Below, piece by piece: positions 38,021 through 50,139 of a stretch of DNA of 64,000 nt (the stretch's first letter is position 1; every line of letters begins with the position of its first letter). Under the pieces are notes generated by a model that saw only the letters and a list, made by a program, of their open reading frames with translations, was not told the origin of the DNA and ran no database searches. The stretch comes from Octopus sinensis (taxonomy: Eukaryota): the NCBI RefSeq assembly GCF_006345805.1, contig NC_043021.1:7936001-8000000 (forward strand), written 5' to 3'. Position numbers and translations under genes: made by a program.

Positions 38021-38315
38021 AGTGGCTGTGTGGTAAGTAGCTTGATTACCAACCACATAGTTCTTGGTTCAGTTGCACTGCATGGCACCTTGGGTAAGTG
38101 TCTTCTACTATAGCCTCGGCCCGACTAAAGACTTGGGAGTGGATTTGGTAGACGGAAACTGAAAGAAACCCGCTGTATATATGTATGTATATAATATATA
38201 TATATCATCATCATCGTTTAGCGTCCGTTTTCCATGCTGGCATGGGTTGGACGGTTCAACTGGGGTCTGGGAAGCCAGAAGGCTGCACCAGGCCTTCTGG
38301 CTTCCCAGACCCCAG

Positions 38316-38347
<32 letters not shown>

Positions 38348-38580
38348 ATATGTACGTGTGTGTATATGTTTGTGTGTCTGTGTTTGTCCCCCAACATCGC
38401 TTGACAACTGATGATGGTGTGTTTATGTCCTCATAACTTAGCGGTTCAGCAAAAGAGACTGATAGAATAAGTACCATGCTTACAAAGAATAAGTCCTGGG
38501 ATCAATTTGCTTGACTAAAGGCGGTGCTCCAGCATGGCCACAGTCAAATGACTGAAACAAGTAAGAGAGAGTAAAGAGTA
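38021..38580 (+). mobile_element. SINE-A with a nested RTE 3' end (38205-38315, -) in its TA tract
   Basis: Both parts match their families. Confidence 0.85.
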
Positions 38581-39051
38581 ACGGCAGTGGTGGTGATGGT
38601 GGTGATGATGATGATTAGGAACTTCAAATCCTTCTATGGCAATATGACTAGGTTCACAGCTGGTCATGTCATTTATGACAAATATTATTAGGCTATCGTT
38701 CTAAACTGGAAATCTGATTGAGGTGACTCAAACTGAGGCAGAGACCTGCTACAGACGTTTCTGCAATGTTCGAAAATAGAGATTTTAGTGACCCCCTATT
38801 TGTCTGTGTGTGCTGCACAAGCTATTGGCAATAAAATAGGAATGGGGGGTCAATGAAATTAGCTTAAAGAAACAAACTTTAGTCGTTCGCCACTTTCATG
38901 TTGTTTATTAATTTTGATTGCTCTGAACTGTTGTGAATGTTCATAGTAATGAACAAGCCGATGTAGTTAATTGGATTGAAAGGGAATGGAAAGGAAAGGT
39001 GGCAGTGTTGTACAAGTTAAGCAATAGTTTTACTTTCTGACTCCACATACA

Positions 39052-39465
39052 GGCGCAGGAGTGGCTGTGTGGTAAGTAGCTTGCCTACCAACCACATGGT
39101 TCCGGGTTCAGTCCCACTGCGTGGCATCTTGGGCAAGTGTCTTCTGCTATAGCCCCGGGCCGACCAATGCCTTGTGAGTGGAATTGGTAGACGGAAACTG
39201 AAAGAAGCCTGTCATATATATGTATATATATATATGCGTGTGTGTGTTTGTGTGAGTGTGTTTGTCCCCCTAGCATTGCTTGACAACCGATGCTGGTGTG
39301 TTTACATCCCTGTCACTTAGCGGTTCGGCAAAAAGAGACCGATAGAATAAGTACTGGGCTTACAAAAGAATAAGTCCCGGGGTCGAGTTGCTCGACTAAA
39401 GGCGGTGCTCCAGCATGGCCGCAGTCAAATGACTGAAACAAGTAAAAGAGTAAAAGAAGAGTAAT
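39052..39465 (+). mobile_element. SINE-A, young
   Basis: Full-length family match. Confidence 0.92.
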
Positions 39466-39525
39466 ACAGAGACAGCAAAGAATAAACTATTTTAATTAGT
39501 GGTGAGCATATTAGCAAATGAAAGC

Positions 39526-39580
39526 CATGGTTCCAAAGTTTCATGTAAAGATGAACGCCTACATTCATCAGATAAGCATG
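39526..39580 (-). ncRNA. type-I hammerhead motif with intact catalytic boxes and slightly eroded stems
   Basis: CATGCTTAT-CTGATGA-ATGTAGG-cgttcatc-TTTACAT-GAAA-CT-TT-GGAACCATG. Stem II has 7 pairs; stem I has 7 of 9. Confidence 0.55.
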
Positions 39581-39681
39581 CTATGTATTTTAAGTTGAGT
39601 ATTGCTAAGTACACACACACACACATTTGTGTATATGTCTGTGCGAGTGTATGTGTGTGTGTGTGTGTGTGTTTGTATGTG

Positions 39682-40415
39682 TGTAGCTGTGGCTTGGAAG
39701 CAAGCTTCTTGCCACATGATTCCGGGTTCAGTCCCACTGAGTGGCACTTTGGGCGCAAGTGTCTTCTGCTATAACCTCAGGCCAACCAAAGTCTCGTGAG
39801 CAGGTTTGGTAAATGGAAACTGAAAGAAGCCAGTCATGTATATATATATACTTCATCATCATCATCATCATCATCGTTTAGCGTCCACTTTCTATGCTGG
39901 CATGGGTTGGACGGTGCAACTGGGGTCTGGGAAGCCAGAAGGCTGCACCAGGCCCAGTCTGATCTGGCAATAATTCTACAGCTGGATGCCCTTCCTAACG
40001 CCAACCACTCCCCAAACAGAGAAAACACAGCAACGCGAGGACGTGGAATAAGTATAGTGCTATTGGATGCTCAGGAAAGGAAGGAAAGAAGGAGGATTTA
40101 ATGTTTTGAGCGGAGCTCTTCGTAAGAAACATAGGAAAAGGAAAGATCCAAGGAAGGGAAGACAAAGGGAAAAAAATTGCCAACGATACGCACGCGGTGT
40201 GTGACATATATGAATATGTCTCCCACCACCACTTGACAATCGGCATTTGTAATGTCCCCATAACCTAGAAGTTCAGCAATAAGAGACTGATAGAATAAGT
40301 ACCAGTCTTAGCAAAAAATAAGTATTAGGGCCAATTCATTCGACTAAAGGCTCATCAAAGCGGTGCTCCAGCATGGCCGCAGTCTAATGACTGAAACAAG
40401 TAAAAGATAAAAGAT
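39682..40415 (+). mobile_element. older SINE-A split by an RTE 3' end (39853-40010, -) and a Penelope-like HHR element (40013-40205, -)
   Basis: SINE head at 39682-39840 and tail at 40215-40415 flank the two inserts. Confidence 0.75.
40097..40129 (-). ncRNA. degenerate minimal hammerhead motif
   Basis: TTT-CTTACGA-A-GAGC-TCC-GCTC-AAAA-CA-TT-AAA, three substitutions from CTGACGA...GAAACGTT. Confidence 0.45.
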
Positions 40416-40416
40416 A

Positions 40417-40866
40417 CATCATCGTTTAATGTCCGCTTTCCATGCTGGCATGGGTTTGACTGTTTGACAGGGGACTAGCAAAGCCAGGAGGCTGCACTAG
40501 GTTCCAATCTGTTTTGGCAAGGTTTCTACAGCTGGATGCTCTTCCTAATGCCAACCACTTTGAGAGTGTAGTCGGTGCTTTTTATGTGCCACCAGCATGG
40601 GAGCCAGTCAGGCAGCACTGGCATTGACCATGCTCGAATTGTGCTTTTCACTTGCCAGTCAGGCGGCACAGGCATTGGCCATGATTAAGATCAAGCTCAG
40701 CATATTGCCCAATGATTGAAGGGTACTTTTAAATGGGCCAGTTATGTGACACTGGCATTGGCCACAGCTATGATCTCAATTGACTTGCCGGGTCTTCTTG
40801 AGCACAGCATATCTCCAAAGGTTGCGGTCGCTTGTCATTTTCTCTGTGAGATCCAACATTCAAAGA
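40417..40866 (-). mobile_element. RTE LINE 3' end (ORF end plus UTR)
   Basis: MLDLTEKMTSDRNLWRYAVLKKTRQVN*, then the motif-repeat UTR and gatgatg tail. Confidence 0.8.
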
Positions 40867-40891
40867 TATATATATCTATATATATATATAT

Positions 40892-41152
40892 ATATTCTAA
40901 TAATTATATACATAATTATAACAAGGGATTAGCTATAAGCCTCTCCACGCACTAGAAAAATAGACGCCTAAAGATGCTATTACCACCTTAAAAACTCTGA
41001 AAAATAAAACAGCCCATGTTTTATTTTTTAGAGTTTTAGGTAATGGTTTTAGAATTTTAGGTAATAGCGTCTTTAGGCATCTATTTTTCTAGCGCATAGA
41101 GAAGCTTATAGTCAATCCCTTGTTATAATTATATATATAATTATTAGAATAT
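40892..41152. repeat. long imperfect palindrome (~120-bp arms, ~5-nt centre)
   Basis: atattctaataattatata..taattataacaagggatt...aaaaca gccca tgtttt...aatcccttgttataatta..tataattattagaatat. Confidence 0.85.
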
Positions 41153-41238
41153 TTGTAAAATTTACCTATAAGGTTTTTATTTCCGTGCTGACCCCCTGGT
41201 AAAATCATTAATCATGTTTACTCTTTATTATCATTATT

Positions 41239-41276
<38 letters not shown>

Positions 41277-41656
41277 TATATAGTATTTACATATCTATTT
41301 ATTTGTGTATTTTTGTATATATTTGTGTGCGTATATATATACGTTTAGGTATGTGTGTGTGTGTGTGTGTGTATACACACATACCTAAACATATATATAT
41401 ACGCACTGAACCGCTAAGTTACGGGAACGCAAACACATCCACACAGGTCGCTAAGCGGTGGTGGACACACACAAGGGCGTTTTTCAATTTCCGTGTACCA
41501 AATCCACTCAGAAGTCTGTGGTCAGCCCGAGGCTATAGTAGAAACACTTGCCCAAGATGCCTCGCAGTGGGACTGAACCCGGAACTATGTGGTTGAGGAA
41601 GCAAGCTTCTTGCCACAATATACATACTTATATGCAAACATATATCTACAAACAAA

Positions 41657-41660
41657 TAGG

Positions 41661-41740
<80 letters not shown>

Positions 41741-41775
41741 GACAGAGAGATAGACAGACAAACAGACAGATAGAC

Positions 41776-41816
<41 letters not shown>

Positions 41817-41876
41817 TAGATAAATAGATAGATAGATAGATAGATAGATGATGGATATAGATAGATAGATAGGTAG

Positions 41877-41911
<35 letters not shown>

Positions 41912-42007
41912 GATATATCTATATAGATAGATAGATGGATATAGATAGGTAGATGGATATAGAGAGATAGATAGATAGATAGACAGACAAACAGACAGAT
42001 AGGTAGG

Positions 42008-42050
<43 letters not shown>
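41657..42050. repeat. (TAGA)n/(CAGA)n microsatellite
   Basis: Read directly from the sequence. Confidence 0.95.
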
Positions 42051-42051
<1 letters not shown>

Positions 42052-42539
42052 ACGATGTGTGTGTATGTGGGTGAATTATTCAAGTGACGGGAAACATAAA
42101 TACTGAGACAAAAATAAAGTTTGTCATTAGCGGGCTCTAAGAGAGACAACTCTCCATAAAATAATTCAACGTTGTTTTTGTTTTCTTTAAAAACATAATT
42201 GTCTGAGTTAAACGAGAGCGACTGGGGATAATTATCTTTGATTTAATTATGAGAACTAAGTTTCCTTAATTAAATTATCTTCATTACTCCCCTTTTATTA
42301 TGAAGATCTTTTTTTTTTTTGTATGTGTGGTATCGTTGTTAGGATCTATCGTGTGAAAGTGAAGGCCATTTCTTTGTTACGGTTTTAGTTTAATATAATG
42401 CAAAAAAAAAAAACCCAGCCTGCCATCGAACAACTAGAAAGAGATATTAAGCCTGTAGTTGTTGTTGATCAAATCGATACAGCGACGCTCTGCAGTTAAA
42501 GGCGTCGCTGTTTCGTCTCCTATCACCAGATATATGCTC

Positions 42540-42768
42540 GGCGAGCTGGCAGAAACGTTAGCACGCCAGGTGAAATGCGTAGCCGTATTTCGTCTGCCGT
42601 TATGTTCTGAGTTCAAATTCCGCCGAGGTCGACTTTGCCTTTCATCCTTTCTGGGTCGATAAATAAAAAGTACCAGTTGCGCACTGGGGTCTATGTAATC
42701 GACTTAATCCCTTTGTCTGTCCTAGTTTGTCCCCTCTATGTTTAGCCCCTTGTGGGTAGTAAAGAAAT
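42540..42768 (+). mobile_element. SINE-B, full length
   Basis: Family match, flanked by atatatgct direct repeat. Confidence 0.9.
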
Positions 42769-43524
42769 ATATATGCTAGTTTTCAGGTCAAGTAAAATTT
42801 TTCTCGAGCACCCTGTCCATCCAGCCGCAAGCAGCTGATATCAAAGAGAAGTAGGGTTACCAGACATTCGGTTCTAAGTCAGTCTGGCCTTGGAGCGCGC
42901 CTTTGGACTCTTGTTTGTCCATTTTTGTAGGGGGTGGGTGGGAATCTGGCTATCCCCTCCTTATATCAGTTACTTCAGATGTACTTAAAATAGTAATAAT
43001 CTTAACTAAGTTTATAAAACTTTTGAAGGTGCAAATATAAGAATTTCCTTTCTTTTACATACAATAATAATACCAAATAAATTAACGAGGTCCTGGATTC
43101 AGTCTTTCAAAACGACACCTTGGGCAAGTATCTTCTACTGTGGCCCCTACTGAAGCTACATGAGGGGATTTAGAAAACAAACTGAAAGAAGTCCGTTGTT
43201 ATATATGAATGTGGGTGTGCGTATGTGAGTGTGTGTGTGTGCATATGTGAGTGTGTGTGTATGTGTGTGCGTATGTGTGTGTGTGTGCTATCGTTGTCCA
43301 CCACCACCACCGTTTGACAAGGGTTGGCTTGTTTGCGTCCCTGTACTTAGCGGTTCAACATTGACAAAAGATATCAATAAAATAAGTCCTAGGGTTAAAA
43401 ATGAAATACTGGGGTTGATTTACATGACCGAACCCTTGAAGGGGATGTCCCAGCTTGACCACAGTCCAATGAATGAAGTAAATGATAAAATATAGTTTTA
43501 CACAAATTGCTTTTTTCTAGGAAA

Positions 43525-43865
43525 TTTGAGGACCGAGACATGTAGCACATTGCTGTACTTGAGAAGACCTGCCCACTGCAGCAGAATTGAGATCCTAAAA
43601 CCACGGTGTCACATAAAAAAGATTTAGTGTGGTTGCAGGTGCCACATAAAAAAGCACCTGTGTCCACACTAATGCTTTTTACCTGACACCTTGGTGCCAC
43701 ATAAAAACCACCCAGTACACTCTGTGGAATGGTTCACATGAGGAAGGGCATACAGCCATAGAAACCAAGCTGAAACAGACCATGAAACCTGGTGTAGTCC
43801 CTGGCCTCACCAGTTCCTGTTAAGCCACCCAACCCATGCCAACATGAAAAACGGATGATGATGAT
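43525..43865 (+). mobile_element. RTE LINE 3' end
   Basis: DRDM*HIAVLEKTCPLQQN*, then ggtgccacataaaaa motif repeats and gatgatg tail. Confidence 0.7.
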
Positions 43866-43900
43866 AATGTTTTTTTTATAGAAAGTTCTACTTGGGTCAA

Positions 43901-44170
43901 GGCCGCGAGCTGGCAGAAGTGTTAACACGCCAGGCGAAATGCTTTGCGGTATTTTGTCTGCTGTTACGTTCTGAGTTAAAATTCCGCCGAGGTTGACTTT
44001 GCCTTTCATCCTTTCGGGGTCGATAAATTAAGTACCAGTTATGCACTGGGGTTGCTATAATCGACTTAATCTGTTTGTCTGTCCTTGTTTGTCCTCTTGT
44101 GGGTAGTAAAGAAAAAGGTATTTCATATGCTGCTATGGTATTTCATATGCTGCTAGGTATTTCATATGCC
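43901..44170 (+). mobile_element. SINE-B followed by three short ggtatttcatatgc repeats
   Basis: Family match. The tail runs into ggtatttc. Confidence 0.85.
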
Positions 44171-45114
44171 GTCCCCATAACTTAGCGGTTCGGCAAAAGA
44201 GACTGATAGAGTAAGTACTAGGCTTACAAAGAATAAGTCCTGGAGTCGATTTGCTCGACTAAAGGTGGTGCTCCAGCATGGCCACAGTCAAGTGACCGGA
44301 ACAAATAAAAGAATAAAAGAAAAGAAAGAATATGCAAAGCCACAACAGTGTTTATCAATAATTAATGGATCAACAGAACTTTCATCATCATTTTAACATC
44401 CACTTACCATGCTTGTGTGAGTAAGATGGAACTTACTGATATTCTATAGATATTCTATGGCCAGATGTCCTTTCTATCACTAATCTTCACTTGTTTCCAA
44501 GCAAGGAAATATACCCCTAAGGCCAGCCATGTTTTCACAAAATATTGGAAGTGAATAACAATGCTTGTATGATGAAGCAGTCATTTACAACTATCAAACA
44601 ATGTCAAAGCATGGACACACACACACACACAATGAGCTTCTTTTAGTTTCCATCCACCAAATCCTCTCAGAAAGCTTTGCGTTGTCCTGGACTATAGGAG
44701 AGACACTTACCTAAGATGCCACACAGGACTGAACCTAAAACCATGCAGTTTTAGGTTCAGTCCTCAGTGGTATCTTAGGCAAGTGTCTCTACTATAGTAG
44801 ACACACTTGCCTAGCTTCATGATCACACATCTATGCTTGTACCTCTGCCATGCCTGTAAGTTGGTCTAGCCTATGTTTTGTACAATGCAATAAGGTTTAC
44901 TATTAGAAAACTGAAATTTGATGTAGAAAATATTGTATCCAAAACATATCAGCTAAAAGAACAATGCATTTAAAGCAATTTTATGAATTTGTGGACATAG
45001 ATTATAATTTTATGCAGTTAATAAACTGGCAGAATCATTAGTATGCCGGGCAAAATGTTTAGTGACATTTTGTCTGTCCTTATGTTCTGAATTGAAATTC
45101 CACCAACATGGTAA

Positions 45115-45335
45115 CCCTTTTGTTGCCATATTTATTTTGAGATGCTCTATGTTTCTTTCAGTTGTTTTAAATATAAGAAAGAATTTAGTAAAATTATTTG
45201 GTTATCATTAAGCTAGTGTGAAGAATATAAATTGTGACTAAGTTTTGGTGGAAGATTTTAATTCAAAACTTATGAAAACAAAACATTTGTACTACAGAAC
45301 CAGAGGTGGTTTCAGTTGCGTTGGTAACAAAAGGG
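45115..45335. mobile_element. piggyBac-like MITE, family 2
   Basis: Termini CCCTTTTGTTGCCA / TGGTAACAAAAGGG with gtaa/ttaa flanks. Inverted copy at 61316-61536. Confidence 0.8.
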
Positions 45336-45864
45336 TTAAATGATGATGATGATTCACACACACACACAAAACTATATTGATCAGACTATCAGATGTTGTT
45401 ATACACCACTGGCCACAATGCACTTCCTCGTATTGTTGTTGCTTTCAAAAGATGTCACCTTACTGGCTAGGTGACCAGGCCCATTTGCAGCTGAACGGAC
45501 CCCGAGCAACACAAAATGGAGTGTTTTGCTCAAGAACACAATGCACCACTGGTTTGGGAATTGAAACCATGATCTTGTGATTAGGAGTGCAACATCATTA
45601 CCACTAGGCCACACACACACCACACACACTCATGTGTGTGTGTTTATGTTTATACTGGTTTGAAAAGCATTGGTGTTGTTTGTGTTGTATTTGTTTACAT
45701 CCCATATCAAATCAAGAAACAGAGATCAATAAAATAAATACTGGTGTCGATATGGTCGACTTTTAAGCCATTGAAGGTGATGCTAATTCATAGTTGCAGT
45801 CCAGGGACTGAAACTAATGAGAAAATATGTCTGCTTGTATGTGAATGTGCATGTGTATACACAC

Positions 45865-46230
45865 ATGTGTGTGTGTGTGCGATGGTGTGTGTGTGATGGT
45901 GTGTGTGGGTGGGTGTGATGGTGTGTGTGTGTGCGATGGTGTGTGTGTGATGGTGTGTGTGGGTGGGTGTGATGGTGTGTGTGTGTGTGATGGTGTGTGT
46001 GGGTGGGTGTGATGGTGTGTGTGTGTGTGTGTGATGGTGTGTGTGTGTGTGTGTGGGTGGGTGTGATGGTGTGTGTGTGTGTGTGTGATGGTGTGTGTGT
46101 GCGTGTGTGTGTGATGGTGTGATGGTGTGTGTGTGTGTGTGGTTGTGTGTGATCGTGTGCGCGTGTGTGTGTGTGCGTGCGTGTGTGTGTGTGATGGTGT
46201 GTGTGCGTGTGTGTCTGTGATGGTGTATGT
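45865..46230. repeat. (GT)n with interspersed gatg units
   Basis: Read directly from the sequence. Confidence 0.95.
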
Positions 46231-47005
46231 GTCGTTCTGAAGCTAACAATGGAGAAGAGTGGAAGAAAAGAGAGCTGATATGAGGGACAACTTGAGAGCA
46301 GAAGAAATATAGATACAAAGAAAGTGAACAGCCACAAAATATATACAGCTAAGCAGCAGAGAGACACAGAGAGAAGGAAAAAAAAAATGAACAGCTACTA
46401 CTAGAGAGAAAAAGGGAAAGAAAGGGAGAGAGAGAGAGAGAAAGAAGAATGGAGGAGGAGGAGGGAGAGAGGAAAGTGAGAGAAAGGGGTAGACACTGCT
46501 GTCAACAGAAAGAAGAGATGATGAATGCGACTACCAAGAGATAGCAACAGAGCAGACAAAATATTGTAATGATGAGAGTAAACGATATAAGTAGATGATA
46601 TATCAAGTCGTCAACAGAAAAGTAATATAAAAATAGTTTTGTTTGTCTCCTGTGTATATATGATATCATCATATTTATCATAGTCTGTGATTTCATTTCG
46701 ATTTAAGTTGCACATCCACCTTTTTAAGACCAACCTGTCTAATCTTAATAAAGGAGAAGTTAAGTATTGTATTACTAAATACATCCAAATTGTTGATTAT
46801 TTTCAAAAATTAATTGATAAACCATGGGTCATGCGTTTTAGAAATATAGTCAGGAATGTGCTTGCTTCCCAACGGCATGGTCCTGGGTTCGGTTCCACTG
46901 CATGGCATTTTGGGAAAGTGTCTTCTGCTATAGTCTCAGGCTAACCAATACCTTGTGAGTGAATTTGGGAGATGGAAACTGAAAGAAGCCCTTCTATGTA
47001 TATAT

Positions 47006-48048
47006 ACAAACTGGTATCAAAAAGTTCCTGAAGAACTTAATTACCTAAATTTTAATATCATCTTCTTCAAAATAGTCACCTTGCACAGCAATACACTGGT
47101 CCTGGAATTCCTGCTGCTTTTGGAGTCCAGTCTGGAAATCATTTTCCATAAGTGAGTCAAGGACCTTCTGTAATTCACTCTTGATCTCAACAACGGTATT
47201 AAAACGGCAACCTTTGAGCTGTATTTTCATTTTGGGGAAGAGATGGAAATCCACAGGTACTAAATCTGGCGAATAGGGCAGGTGCAGAAGTGATACCATG
47301 TTGTTTTTGGTGAGAAACTCACAAATGAAGAGAGCTCAGTAACTGGAAAGCATGGATGAGGAGAGCTTGGTGTCATCATGAAGAATCCAATTCTTAATGC
47401 TTCACAGATCCAGTCACTTTCGCCAAATGTCCACTCACAAGTGTTTCAAAATGTCACAGTAGATCTCTTGATTGACTGTCTGGCCATGGGGGATGAATTC
47501 TTGATGCACAATGCTGTGGATGTTGAAAAAAGCGATGAGCTCACTCTTGAATGAGCTGCAGCTTTGTTGTGCCTTTTTCAGTCATGGAGATGAAGGCCTC
47601 TTCCATTGTGACGAATGTGGCTTCATCTCAGGCTCATACCTGTAGAGCCAACTCTCATCACTGGGGATGATCCTTGACATGAAAGATGGGTCATCAATGG
47701 TATACTGATGGAGATCTTGACAGACTTCAACGAAATATTCTTTCTTATTTCTTTACTGCCCACAAGGGGCTACACACAGAAGGGACAAACGGATTAAGTT
47801 GATTATATCGACCCCAGTGCATAACTGGTACTTATTTAATCGACCCCGAAAAGATGAAAGGCAAAGTCAATCTCGGCAGAATTTGAACTCAGAACTCACC
47901 TGGCATGCTAACGTTTCTGCCAGCTCGCTGCCTTCAACGCAATATTCTTTCTGATCAATGGTCAGCAGGTGGGGAACAAACATGGCGGAGGCACATTGCA
48001 TGTTCAATTCAGACATTAGGATTGCCCACAAAATACCATATTTTCTTA
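47006..48048 (-). mobile_element. degenerate mariner (DD34D) transposase, interrupted by SINE-B at 47746-47932
   Basis: Motifs AMFVPHLLTIDQK, DESWLYRYEPEMK, LPYSPDLVPVDFHLFPKMKIQLKG...QGDYFE. SINE flanked by ~20-bp TSD ttcaacg.aatattctttct. Confidence 0.88.
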
Positions 48049-48049
48049 T

Positions 48050-48280
48050 CAATGCTGGTTCCACATAAAAAGCATTCATGCTGGTGTCACGTCAAAAGCT
48101 TTCTTGTTAGTGCCACATAAAAGGCACTGGTGCTGGTGCCACTTTAAAAGCACTGGTACTGGTGTCACATAAAAAGACTGGTACTGGTTCCATGTTAAAA
48201 CTCTGGTGCTGGTTCCACATAAAAAGCTCTGGTGCTAGTGTCACATTAAAAGCATCGTAAAAAGCACTTGTGCTGGTGTC
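48050..48280 (+). repeat. tandem array (~9 units of 22-27 bp) of the RTE 3' UTR motif tgctggtgccacataaaaagcac
   Basis: Read directly; the same motif occurs in the RTE UTR fragments. Confidence 0.8.
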
Positions 48281-49344
48281 TGACTACCAAATCTACTCAC
48301 AAGGTCTTGGTTGGTCCTAGGCTATAGGAGACACCTGCCCAAGGTGCCACACAGTCCAACTGACCCCAGAACCATGTGGTTGGGAAGCAAACTTCTTAAC
48401 ACACAGCTATGTTTGCACCTATACTCAACTAAATGCTCAAGATCAGTCAGGTATCCAAATACTTTCTCTATGAGCCCCAAGATTCATAGAGTCATAGAAA
48501 TTTTGACTTCAATGGTTTACAATCTTTCATATATCAATGCACCACATTCATCAATTATTGTTCTACACAGGCCTCCTCTCCATCTCTTGCAAATAAATAT
48601 ATTAAATAAAAAGCAGCAGATTATCTTTATCAAACAGAAGGTAACTTTGTGCAGTGATTTATATCTATATTTCCATATACTACCCTCATCCAGCTTGTAC
48701 CTTGTTTTTCATTTTCGATGTTTTGTGAACCAGCACCCACTATATCAAATTTTTATAGAAATTATTAAAAAAGTTAAGGAAATATATAACAAAATTGTGT
48801 TGAGCTTCAGTGTATCACCAATCATATTTCTATTCACTTATAGCACAGTGTCCTATACGTATTTTAGTTCAAAGATTTTTTTCTTCTTTTTTGAGAATAT
48901 ATTTAAAATATAAGAATTTAAATATCATATTTCTTAGAAAAATCTTGGCCCCTCTAAACATCCAGCACTCCCCTGTCCCAATATCAGCTGTCCCCTTGTG
49001 AGTTCACAATGCTACAAAAGGGGTGCTATCACCTATGGTAAGAACCATTGATTTTGTGCATGTAAGACAGGCCCTGTTGATTTGTTCACAGGTAAGAGCA
49101 TTGCAAATTAATAAAAAACGCTTTAATTGGGTAACCAAAACTTTTCTTTACATGTTTTATTTATTTAGTCGCAAGACTGGTGGAAATTCCATGTTTCGTT
49201 TTTTTGATGAGTGAATTTATATATCTCGATAAAATTGTTTCATATAAAACTGTGTCACGCAAGCACAAAAAGAATTTCTTGGAAGAGAAATTCTCCTTAC
49301 AGACAATACGTGGGAAAACACATCAGACTGGCAGATTGGTCTAT

Positions 49345-49800
49345 AATAAAATAATAATGAAATTATTGTTTTCAGTGCTCAGGTGCACCACAACTTGTCA
49401 GAAAGTGCTTATAAAGTATATGCAGTAATGTACAAATGTCTGGAAAGTGAACAATGTACGAGTCAGGTACATTTTTGTGTGTGTATGGAGGGGAGAAAAT
49501 CAAGTGTAGTGTTGGCGAATCTCAGGAAGCATGGAAGTTTTGAAGGATGCAGTGCTCCGACAACTAACAACTGATGCCGGCAGTTTGTTCCATGCTTCAG
49601 CAACTCTCAGCGTGAAAAAATGTTTCCTGAAGTCATGGGAGCTGTGCTGTTTTCTTACTTTGTAAATATGTCCACGGGTGTTAGATGGGTGGAGTTTGAA
49701 AAGGTGCTCAGAGTTATTGTTTGTACGATGGTTGATAATTTTATGGGTGTCTGCCAAGTCAGCCGCCAGACGTCGGAGCCTCAATGTGTCCATGCCCAGT
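49345..49800 (-). mobile_element. CR1-clade LINE 3' end with open C-terminal ORF2 segment
   Basis: TLRLRRLAADL...NTRGHIYKVRKQHSSHDFRKHFFTLRVAEAWNKLPASVVSCRSTASFK, (att)n tail. Confidence 0.9.
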
Positions 49801-49941
49801 TGTCATCAGAGTGTGGCACACGCGTTTCTGTGTCATTACGTTGGAATCTGTAGTTCATAATCCACTAAAAATTACCCTTCTTATAATATCCAAACAACAA
49901 ATAATAAACTCCATGACGTGTGCAAGGCTTTGCCAAGTGAG

Positions 49942-50139
49942 AATTAATTAGCTGAAAGCATATTAAGCAACAATGATTAAAATAAAGCTGTGTAGATTTA
50001 TCTTTAACACGTTTGAATACACTCAAACGTAGAAAGACGGCAATGAGGGACTTTGTCCGTTCATGTACACGAACGCGTGAAATATACATGTACATGGATT
50101 TGTTTTAATCATTGTTGCTTAGTGTGCTTCTAATTAATT
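49942..50139. mobile_element. small MITE-like element with ~45-bp inverted ends
   Basis: aagcatattaagcaacaatgattaaaataaa / tttgttttaatcattgttgcttagtgtgctt. Confidence 0.6.

Noticed and set aside
42850-42960. ATTTTTG Sm-like site between hairpins, suggesting an snRNA
   Set aside because: No match to U1, U2, U4, U5, U7, U11 or U12 features. The ends tagggttaccaga / tctggctatccc are better explained as a small hAT-type MITE.
48050-48280. Short regularly spaced repeats as a CRISPR array (also 61935-62081)
   Set aside because: No unique spacers, no cas genes, eukaryotic context; both derive from retroelement sequence.
48311-48913. 200-aa ORF, the longest in the track
   Set aside because: Starts inside SINE-A and continues in AT-rich I/F/K/Y-biased sequence with no domain.
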